From the NCBI GenBank assembly GCA_043228905.1, contig JBHGNT010000020.1, positions 8,246,001 through 8,310,000 on the forward strand: 64,000 nucleotides of DNA, in the 5' to 3' direction. Under the pieces are notes generated by a model. The model did not search any database, was not told where the DNA came from, and saw nothing but the letters and a program-made list of their open reading frames with translations. Position numbers and translations under genes: made by a program. The DNA is from Azolla caroliniana (taxonomy: Eukaryota > Plantae > Polypodiophyta). Positions within the stretch are counted from its first letter, which is position 1. Each line of letters starts with the position of its first letter. Shown in pieces: positions 50,808 to 61,929 of this stretch.

Positions 50808-51723
50808 GTGCCGTAGTTTGATTCACTCAAATGTGTTGTGTCGCACGCCGATGATCAAACTCAACCGGCTCAACAACAGAGATGGAAAACGAAACGATGA
50901 ACACTCAGGTGGGAAACGTTGTCGCGATGTTTTCAACACAGTGTGAAACCACCATCAAAAGAGAATAAAGTAGTAGTTCAAATAAACTAATATTACAAAG
51001 TCAACTTTTGTAATAAACAATGAAAAGATAGAAAGGGAAATATAGAAGCGGGTTTTTAAAAGTATAAAAAGTATAAAAAAAAAAAAGGGAAAAAATAAAC
51101 GCAAGGCGTGGAATTGAGGAGCAAGGTAGAGAAAGAGGCTCATAATTTCTTCATCCGATGTCCAAATTAGAAACGCAAAGATTCATAAGAAAGCTAACAC
51201 AAAGGGATTTCCAAAAATATCTTGTATGTCGAATTTGGGCTTACAAAAAAGAAATAGTGATAAAAATAAAACTCGACTTATATAGACAAGCTTTTTTTTA
51301 GGGAAAAAAAAACAAGCCATAGAAAACCTATAAATAATAGCTATTCTTAATCAGAAGAGTGAGAGATGGATGGGGATTTGAAGAAGAAAAGATTTATGTT
51401 TCCTCTCTCATACTCTTATACCCCAAAAGGGGAGATAGAAAAAGTAAATCATGTAACAAAATAAGTCCATGAGATCGATGATCTAGTAATAAAAAACTTT
51501 CCATGTTTCCTCCTTCATACTCTCTTACTTTAACTTTGCTTATGTATAAGTATACTTAAGTGTTATTCATACTCTCTTACTCTAAGCTTTTCTTACTTGT
51601 TAGCATAATTAAGCATTATTCGATCTTGCATACTCTCTTACTCAAAGATTTGTTTATGCATAAATATAATTAAGTATTATTCAATCTCTCATACTAGCTG
51701 GTGGATTTTTGCGACAACGCTCT

Positions 51724-52412
51724 TGACAGGAACACACGTTCCCGATGAGCAACGATCGGCCACAACCGAGCTTAGAATCATAAAACACAGAAAAACGGGG
51801 AATGGATGCACGACACAAAAGGAGAAGAGTACACAGGGTGTTTACGTGGACAACCCAAATACGGGAAAAACCACGGCAGCCCACAGATTGCAAACTATCA
51901 CTATGTCAGAATGAACAAAATGGTAAAGCACCGAGGCAACGACCTCGAGCTTTCTATTTTCGCCACAGGCGGTGGTTACAACAGAGGCAACGATCTCTTC
52001 CTCTCTCTCACTCTCTCTGTACACAGTTGCGCGCTCTAATCTTGCGCCAACAATAATAGCAACATCACAGACGTAAACAACAGTTTGCCCTAAGTCATAT
52101 TTATACTAAAATGACTTTTCGGCTATTTACAAATATAGCCCCGATGGACTCTCAGAAACATATTTAGGAATATGTCCCTTCATCCGGTGAGCACTCTTCA
52201 CCGGGCCTGCATCATCCAACGCTTGCCGGGTACTCGTCATCCGGCTCTCACCGGATCTGCACCATCCGGCTCTCCGTAGCCGGGTACTCTTCATCCGGTT
52301 CACCATCCGGCTCTCCGTAACCGGGTCTGCACCATCCGGCTCTCTATAGCTAGGTACTCTTCATCCGGTTCTCACCGGGTCTGCACCATCCAGAGGGACC
52401 TGTTTCCTAACA
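51724..52412 (-). mobile_element. Copia solo LTR, TSD GCTCT/ACTCT
   Basis: Same family as 8274-9195, with fewer tandem units. Confidence 0.88.
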
Positions 52413-53130
52413 ACTCTTCCTACCGAGAAACTTGACAAATCGAACTTTGCATCTTGGGAATACAAGATGCACCAATATCTTGTCGGCCAAGGATATTGGA
52501 GTTACATCGTAGGAGCTTAGAAAAATCAACCCAACCCGGCACATGCCAACCACCGAACATGGGAGCAAGCGGTGAGTTGCGTGTTGTACTGCCTAGCATC
52601 ATGCATCCATGATCACATGCTCAGCTACATTCAAGAGGCAAAAACGCCAAAAGAAGACTCAGGCAATCTCATGAAGATTTTCACGGCCAACACGACCGCA
52701 TGCAAGCTCCAACTCCGTTAGGAGTTGAACAATATTCAACAAAGGGATATGTCGGTCACTAGCTACAACTTGAAGATCAAGGAGCTATGCAACGCCCTCG
52801 AATCTATCAACGTCAGTATCAAGGATGATGAAATGGTGCAAATATGCCTCGGCATTTTAGCGCCATGATTCAACAAGATTATATCAACCATCCATGTAAG
52901 GGAGCTAACTCCTTTTTTGACCTTTAGTCGATAGTATTGGTCAAGGAAAATCACGTCCGGCCAAGGAGCAATGCGCTAGATGGTCAAATGCTCTACTCCC
53001 AATCAGACGAGGAAAGAGGATTCGGCTGAGGAAACAGAGGCCGAGTTGGACGACGCCAACATGGTTAGCCAACCCACGAGCGCGACTCCCACTATAGGCA
53101 AGAGGCCAGGAACATAGCAAGGGAGTTCAA
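52413..53130 (+). pseudogene. Degenerate Copia gag
   Basis: Reads LPTEKLDKSNFASWEYKMHQYLVGQGYWSYI..ANTTACKLQLR, with stops. Confidence 0.75.
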
Positions 53131-53188
53131 TGTTGGCATAAAAGGCCAACTCCTTCCACTTTGTATCAGGTTACCAATGTGAACATGT

Positions 53189-56100
53189 TGTTGTGAAGAT
53201 TTTCGGCAACGGTGTGAAAATTGTATGCAACGAACGAAATCGAGAAGGTGCAATGTGCATGTGTGAAAGGGGAGAAGACCACACGCATATGCTAGCATGT
53301 TGTAAATAGGACTGAAATGAGAATCGTAAAAGAAAAGCTAGATGTAAAGTTAAAACATGTGCATGTGTATGTGCGCTCAATTGTAAAGATACAAATAAGA
53401 CTAAAGTTTAGTAACATTTAAGTGCATAAATAGGGGTGGAAGCAAGGCTTGAACCTCGCACCTCCAAGATAGGAGACAAATTAACTTACCACTAAAGCCA
53501 CTACTAAGTGCTTTAGAATTTGTATATATTCTTTTCATATTCAGTATTTTGTAGGAAGCAAACATATAAAAACCGTGGGCACAAAACCCTGATTTTAGCC
53601 TGTGGTTTTAGCCCATGGTTTCAGCTTGTGGTTTTAGCCCATGGTTTTAGCCCGTTGTTTTAGCCCATGGTTTTTGCATGGAGAGACCTATAAAAGCCTA
53701 TAGTTGGGCTTGTGTAAGGGAGGTAAGTGATGTAAGTAAACAAAGAAACTTTTAATCAAAGATTGGAGTTATCCTAATGGTGATGTATCTTGTCTCGTAA
53801 AACTAAAGTCAAAGGTTCAATCTCTATCTTAATCTCTCTCTTCATCCATCTATCTATCTTCAATACTTTCTCGCTTACGCTACTAAAACATCGAATCCTT
53901 TCGATCTAGGAACCCCAGTGGTCCCGCTTTATTTCACGAACACGTGATGATTTCCTTGACATCTTACTTGGTGAACCCGACATGAAGAAGCGGTAGGAAG
54001 GATCAAGACGAGGATCGATCAATACTTGGAGGTGGTGTCCTCAAGCAATCAAGCGGGAGAGTTCGAAAGGATTATGCTAATTGTCGAACAAATGATGAGA
54101 TCTCGGGACAACAATGCGAGCGTAGAGAAGGTTGTCGACCGTATCGTGGAGCTCAAGGGTCAATTTGACGGAATGAACATTACAAAGTTCCTTGATGCAT
54201 ACAGGAGGGAGATGAATCAAAGGGATGTGCGTGAAATGCGTCAAATCTCGAGTTTCAAGCGAGTTGCCACCAACAATGTCCAAAGACGGGTCCTCGATCT
54301 TCAAGAAAGGAAGACAACATGGTCAGAGTTTGAAAGAGCAATATTAGTGGAGTTTGTGATGGAAGACTTGTCGAGGATGACTCGACGATAGAAAAGAAAA
54401 ATAAGAAAATGAGTGCCTCGAGGGTATATGATGAGTTCGACCAGATGTCGAGTCGTCTCCCTACCACGGACCAAGTGCTGCTTGAGGAGGACAAGACTTT
54501 GTACTTCCTGAAAGTTGTGGATATGAAGGATATACAAGAATTGGGGACTCTCCTCGAAGATGATACCCAAGTGAACGGGCAAACTGGGCTGCGGTGAAGA
54601 GAGTGTGCAACAAGATCGATAGGCGTCATCAATGTCTTGATGATATTGACTTCGTAAGGTCAAACGTAGAAAAAACGAGACCATCTAAAGAAGTTGAGCT
54701 ACCTAACAAAGCAACCTACATGAAAAGAAGATTGATGATGACTCAAGGACGGAGAAGACCACTTCGTGGGAGGACGAATGTTTCAGAACACACATCATGT
54801 TCAAAACATCGGATGATGAAGGAGCAACCATAATCGAAGCTTGCATCAAGGGAGATAAAGAGTGTGAGGTCGACATGATGGAGGATCTAGCCACTAAAAT
54901 CGACTTAAAGGAGGTGGCTATGAACAAGACAACAAGCGTCGACAACGACCACAACCAGATTTTCCTCACACTTATTCCAGAGACTTGGGCAGTTGCGTCC
55001 AAGAACCAACGTGAGACCCAAGAGACGGAAGGTGTCGGTGAGGAGTCGAGGTCGAAACTAATACATGCGACGAAGAGGGAAGCATAATCGAAGCTTGCTC
55101 GATCAAGAGGGTTCATGGGTACAAGGCCCATAAGTCTATAGAGGTTGCCATGAAAGAAGACATCGAGTCGGAGGTGGCTATGAACAAGTCAATGGAGAAT
55201 GGCCGCGTCGAGACTTTCCTGCCACTAATTCTAGAGACTTCGACGGTTGCATTCGAAAGGCAACGTGAGACCGAAGAGACGGAAGGTGGCGGAGAGAAAA
55301 CCAAGGTCAAAGTCGATGCATACGACGAAGAGATAGCTGAGAAGGTGGCTATGGGCGAAACGATGGAGGACGGTAATACCAAGGATTCTTGCCCACTAAT
55401 TCTAGAGACTTCATCGGTTGTGTCAGAGAACCAACGTGAGACCAGAGAGACGAGAGGTGGCAATAAGGAACGTAGAGCTAGAAGTGAGTTCGGATGGAAG
55501 ATGATATGGTCGGACTTTCGGCCTAAACAAAAGCCAAACCAAGTGGAAGTGGATTCAGCCGAAATCCGATCGGTTGAGCCTGACCCGGATGGAAATTGTT
55601 CCAGCTAGAAGCCGATCAGATGAGACCGATTTGGAAAGAAGCTAATCCGACTCAACCTGAGGTCGAACCGATCGAGTCCGGTGAACACGAGGAAATAGAA
55701 GCCAACCTAGACGAAACCGATCGGTCGAACCTGACCCAGAAAGGGGGCCAACTCGGTTGAAACCAATCAACCGAATGCAAATCTGAACGGAAGCCGATCC
55801 AACTGAAAGCCGATCGGACGAGACAAATCCGGAAAGAAGTCAAGGTTGATTAAGACAAGGAAGAGGCCAAGCAGACGCACTACCATGGACGACAAGGTCG
55901 AAATGAGCCAAGTGGATTTGAAGGGTGTTTCCGAGGATGAGATCTCGACTAAGGAGGGCTCTAACGTGAAGATCATCAACTCTAACGTGAGATTGTACGA
56001 CGAAGGTGGACGAAGTGCAGAGTGCGAAGTGCCTTGACCAAGGAGATGGTCGGAACGAAGGTGGAACATGCATAAAGCCTAAACGGTTATGCTCGGAAGG

Positions 56101-56909
56101 AGAACAAGGGGCCATGACAACTAGTCATGGTAAAGCAAAGAATGAGCGAATGATATGGTGGATTGGGTGGCAACAATGATTCGAGTAAAAGGAATGGACA
56201 TGCTAGAAACGGAGGAATCGTACTAATCACCGTAGCCGAAATCTCACACTCTCTCTTCTTGGCACATACTGAAGGATATACAGTTTGGTGGGGGTGGATG
56301 TCGTGAAGATTTTCGGCAATGGTGTGAAAATTGTGTGCAACGAACGAAATCGAGAAGGTTCAATGTGCACGTTTGAAAGGGGAGAAGACCACACGCATAT
56401 GCTAGCATGTTGTGAATAGGACTGAAATGAGAATCGTAAATTTAGAAAATCTAGATGTAAAGTTAAAACATGTGCATGTGTGATGTGCGCTCAATTGTAA
56501 ATATAAAAATAAGACTAAAGCTTAGTAACATTTAAGTGCATACATAGGGGTGGAAGCAAGGCTTGCACCTTGCACCTTGCACCTCCAAGATAGGAGACAC
56601 ATTAACCTACCACTAAAGCCATTACTGAGTGTTTTAGAATTTGTATATATTCTTTTCATATTCAGTATTTTGTAGGAAGCAAACACCATGGGCACAAGAC
56701 CATGGTTTTAGGCCATGGTTTCAGCTCGTGGTTTTAGCCCATGGTTTTAGCCCGTTGTTTTAGCCCATGGTATTGCATGGAGAGACCTATAAAAGCCTAT
56801 AGTTGGGCTTGTGTAAGGGACGCAAGTGATGTAAGTAAACTAAAGGCAAGGGTTCAATCTCTATCTGAATCTCTCTCTTCATCCACCTATCTATCTGAAT
56901 CACCCGACA
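53189..56909 (+). mobile_element. Non-autonomous gag-only Trp-primed element, probable TSD ATGT
   Basis: 5' LTR 53189-53961, PBS TGGTGAACCCGACATGAA 53969-53986, gag fragments 54026-54700, PPT 56287-56298, 3' LTR from 56299 with a deletion near its end; no pol motifs. Confidence 0.85.
53590..53675 (+). promoter_or_regulatory. 13-bp tandem array TGGTTTTAGCCCA (site II-like) just upstream of the LTR TATA box; repeated at ~56700-56770
   Basis: About 6 units before CCTATAAAAG; AGCCCA is the reverse complement of TGGGCT. Confidence 0.5.
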
Positions 56910-57019
56910 TGTCCTCATACATACTTCCGCACATATTCGAACACCATATCTCACAATTGGTATCAGAATGACTTGTTGTTCGGCGGCAACAAACAACAGA
57001 AAAAACTGAAAAAGAAAAG

Positions 57020-57461
57020 TCCAAGTTAGTGAATCTTTACAAAGGAAGAATGTGTTGAAGAAGTTGCCATTGGGAATGTTGTGATTATGCTTTTGCTATA
57101 TGCAGATGATGTAGTGCTTTTTGCAAATACTTTAGGAGATGCACAAAAGCTTACGAAGGCATTGGAAAAAATTTGCATGCATATTAAATTAAGTGTCAAT
57201 AGCTCTAAAACAAAGATTATGCTTGTGAAGAGCCAAAAAAGAGATAAACCATGCATTATGTACAACAATGAGCCACTTGAATGTGTGGAAAGCTTCAAAT
57301 ATCTTGGCCTTGAAGTTCCTTCAAATCATAGATGGAATGAATGTGCTACACGCCGCTTAGAGGCAAACTTGGAGAATTAAGTGTTGGGTCCTCAAGAAAT
57401 ATCTTTTCGACACTTTGGTGACACCTGTTCTTCTCTATGGGGTGGAAGTATGGGGCGGTAG
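57020..57461 (+). pseudogene. LINE reverse transcriptase fragment
   Basis: LLLYADDVVL..VNSSKTKIM..VESFKYLG. Confidence 0.88.
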
Positions 57462-60400
57462 TGTTATGGGCATGACCATAAAATATCCAGGGTGAGAATT
57501 TACCGTAGTATTCTATACACGTGGATAAGTGTGAGGGTTAAACAAGAGTGTAAAGAAGGGGAGGATTACTTTTAATCCTCGGGATTGAGACAACCCATTA
57601 GGCCAAGTGTGAACTTGCTTGGGTGCCTTGGGTCTTGCTATAAATATGAGGCCTCGCTACCCTCATTTCATCATCTCTTGACTACGTCGAAACTCTGTTC
57701 TTGTGGTGGGTCAACTCTTGTAGCGAGCGCGCCATCACCAAGTACGACTCGACACCACGACGGTTTTATGGGACACCGATCGAGGCTCGAGTCCATCTCG
57801 ATCCATTCGCTCGGGGGTGGTCGGGTGGATCGGCACCCTTCTTTCTCTCTGTCCTTCCTTAGTTCAACCATGCATCAGATGTCCAATCTTCTGCAATCTC
57901 AAAGTTGCCTCGAGGCATGTGTCATTAACTTACAACATGACACTAATAGACCCGATGAGCGTCAGGGTGAACCATCATTTTCCGTAAAGCTATTTACGAG
58001 AGAAGAAAAAGGAAAGAATTAAAAAAGCAATCTACATGTGGTTGGGCCGATTGGAGACTCATTTTGAGCTCTATCCCATGCCAGATAGTACGAAAATTGC
58101 ATGTGTCGGCTGAGAACTAGGGGGTAAGGACACCCCCTAGTGGCGTGGGCTCTGAACTTTGGGGAAATTGCCCGATACCTGGATAGATTTTGTCACAGTT
58201 ATCAAGGGCCAATTTCTGCAACCTCCATCTCGAACCGAGGCAGCACAAGCATTAATGAGCCTCTCTAGCCGGAAATTTTCTTCGGTAGAAGACTATGTCC
58301 ACCATGCTACAACCCAAACCCAAAAATCAGGTCTAGAAAGGGACAATTGGTTGATAGCTTGTTTTGTCAATGGCATCCCCAATTCGGACTATCACTAGAT
58401 AGTGCACGATAAGGATCCAAAATCCTTCGAAGAGGCTATTGAAATAGTTCTTCGCTATCAACGCACTTTGAAGAAGGACCATAACAAACCCAATGAAGCG
58501 CCAAGGACTAAGTAGTCGCAATTCGCTGGGAAACACAAGAAACCCAACGAATTCATGGATTGCGATTGTAAGTGACAACATCCTTTTTGCGTATTCTACA
58601 AAAAGAAGGGTCATACAAAAGAACAATGTCGAAAGCTCCAACGGAAAGAGCACGACAACAAAGCAAAAGTTGCAAACCATAAAGGTTAGATTCCTAATGT
58701 CCTTGAGTTTTATACACATCATTTAAGTAATTGTCAATGTTCTTTCCCTCGCTATGTATTGGGACCCAATTATTTACTACGTGCAAACGGGTATATCAAT
58801 GGATCTCCCGTACAATTTTTTTTTGATTCGGGAAGCTCACACAATTTTGTGAATGATAGTTAGGTTCAGATATGGGGAATTCAACCCACTGTAAGTGATC
58901 ACACCTATACGGTGCACTTGGATGATGGAAGAGTACAATACATCAACGGGGCGATTCATTCATTACGAATTTCTATTGATACTTATATAGAGGAAGTAGA
59001 CTTCCATGTAATGAATCTTTGTACAACTGATGTAATACTGGGTTATCCCTAGTTTTTTAATAAAAACTCTTCTTTATCTATTGATTGGGTTCATCATTCA
59101 ATTACTTTTGTACTAAACGATTGTACTCATTTTATTCAATGTGTTAAAAACCAATCTCTTTAGATTGTTTCCTTGCCATCAATATCCAAGTTGTCTTCTT
59201 CTACTTTATTTATTGTATACTTGATCCGGACATTCACGTTTACAATATCGATAATGTCCCGGCTCAATTATCCTATTTTGAACAACAACAACTCGATGAA
59301 ATCTTAAATGGTTTTCGTGATGTTTTTCCGAGTGAGCTACCACATGGGTTACCCCCTAAATGTAATATAGACCATCGTATAGATATTGTACCTGGCGTTG
59401 CACCAATAAGTATACCTCCTTATCGCTTAAGTCGATCCGAAGAGGATGAGGTATCTAAGCAACTCAAGGACTATTTACAAATGGGTTATATACGTTATAG
59501 TAAATCTCCATGACATGCTCTTGTTCTTTTGGTAAAAATGAAACAGGGCACATAGCGCATGTATATCAATTACCGACGCTTGAATAAAGTGACGATAAAG
59601 AATTCATATCCATTGCCTTGGGCTGATGATCTAATTGACCGTCTCCAGGGATCTCGGTATTTTACGAAACTTTATCTCCGTACGGCCTACCATCAAATTC
59701 GTATTAGTGAGGACGATGTTCCTAAAACGACATTTCGTATGCGTTATAGCCATTATTAGTTTTCGGTTATGCCTTTTGGTTTCAGCAATGTCGGAGATGT
59801 CCGAGAACAACTTGGAAAATTTGTCATTATTTTCTTCGATGATATTTTAGTTTATAGTCGTACATTAGAAGAACATGCTAAACATGACCGCTTTTTTTTA
59901 CAAACATTGCGCGAGAAGCAGTTCTACGTGAAGATCTCAAAATGCGAGTTCTTCAAGAAATCAATTACTTATCTTGGACATCTCATAACCGAACGAGGAG
60001 TTGAAATTGATCCTTCTCGCATTGAGAAAATCAAACTTTGACCCACTCTTTGGATTATTTGATAAGTTCAATCATTCCTTTTGGTTATGCCTTTTGGTTT
60101 GACCAATGCTCCGACCACATTTCAACAAGAAATGAATGACATTTTCCGAGAACAACTTGGAAAATTTGTTGTTATTTTCTTGGATGATATTCTAGTTTAT
60201 AGTTGTACATTAGAAGAACATGCTAAACATGTCCGCTTTGTTTTACAAACATTGCGCGACAACAAATTCTACGCGAAGATCTCACAATGCGAGTTCTTCA
60301 AGATATCAATTTCTTATCTTGGTCATCTCATAACCGAACGAGGAGTTGAAAATGATCCTTCTCGCATCAAGAAAAAAAACCTTTGGCCCACTCTTCGGAA

Positions 60401-61929
60401 TATTCGAGAAGTTCGATCATTCCTTGGTTTTGTCAGGTTTTTGCAAAAATCCCTTCGTAATTACTCCCAATTGACGACGTTGTTTACTGATCTTCTAAAA
60501 GGTCAAACACATAAGTCTACAAAACCTATTGTGTGGAATGCTACACTAGACCTCGTCTTTAAGGAACTCAAGGACCTGGTGTGCAAGGCTCCTTCACTTC
60601 TTTTACCCGATCCTTCAAAACCTTTTGAAGTTGAAACCGATGCAAATGATTATGCTATAGGTGTTGTCTTATATCAAGATGGTAAACCAATAGTATTCAA
60701 GAGTAAGAAACTTCATTCTGCTCAATGTCGGTATGCAGTTCAAGAAAAGTAATTATTTGTAGTTACACATGCACTCAAAACATGGCACCATTATCTTTAT
60801 GGAAATCGTTTTGTGGTAACTACGGACCACGAGTCCTTGAAATATTTTTGTGACAAAGAAGACCTGAAAGTTCGTAAGGTATGATGGGTTGATCTCATCC
60901 AGGACTTTGATTTTTCCATATGATATCGTAAAGGTTCCATGAACACTGTCGTTGATGCACTAAGTCGCATCCGTGAAGTTAACATGATTAGCTTCACTAA
61001 AATAACATTAGATCTTTAGTATCACCTTTGAGGAAAGTATCCTAATGGCAGTTATTTTGTGAAATACTGGGCAAGAGCCTCGAAGGAATCCTTCCACATT
61101 GCTAACGGTCTACTCTACCGTAATGGAAAGGTTTGTGTTCCAAATTTTCCTGAGGTAAAAAAGAGAATTCTTTTTTAATGCCATGATGCACCCTCGGCAG
61201 GCACCCTGGAATACATCATACACTCGTTCTCATATCCACTCAATTCTATTGGCCTAAGTTGCGTCCTGACATACATAGTTATGTGACTAAATGTGACCAA
61301 TGTCAGGTTAACAAAGTCGAGCGACTTAAAGCCTCGGGACTTTTACATCCCTTGGACATTCCCGATAATAAGTGGGAAAGTATATCCATGGATTTTATTG
61401 TTAGCCTTCCTCGCACCCAAAAAGGCCATGATGCCATTTGGCTTGTGGTTTATAGTCTAACTAAAATGGCCAGATTTATTGTTACTAAAACCACGGTAAC
61501 AACTCCTAAATTGGCTTGCCAATTCGTTGACAAGTTATTTTGTTTTTACGGGTTATCGATGGATATTGTGAGTGATCGAGATCCAAAGTTTACTAGTGAC
61601 TTCTAGAAGTAAGTCTTTAAGAAGTTATAAACTACGTTGAGCATGAGCTCCACGGATCATCCTCAATCCGATGGATAGACAGAACGAGTAAATCGAATTA
61701 TTGAGGGCATGATTCGAGCATACGTTGCTGCAAAACTAACAAAATGGGAACGTTATCTCCCAATTTTGGAGTTTTCTTATAATAGCTCCAAGCATACGTC
61801 AACGGGATATAGTCCTTTTATGTTGATGTATGGTTTTCAAACACGAGCCCCGATTGATATTAATATACATCATGATGAGTTGCTAAGTACGCAAAACTTT
61901 CTTCGGGATATGCAAGATATGTTACATAT
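57462..61929 (+). mobile_element. Degenerate chromovirus-like Gypsy, copy C (partial LTR 57462-~57860, gag, protease, duplicated RT segment, RNase H, integrase)
   Basis: Near-identical to segments A/B; the PBS/UTR is deleted; cut at 61930 by a Copia insertion. Confidence 0.92.

Noticed and set aside
50955-51143. Hydrophobic ORF as an organellar membrane gene
   Set aside because: No motif recognised; the hydrophobicity is explained by T-rich composition.
56910-56970. LTR end plus PBS-Met (CTCACA-A-TTGGTATCAGA) as a separate element
   Set aside because: Too short and lacks a definable start or internal region; probably the host of the 53189 insertion.
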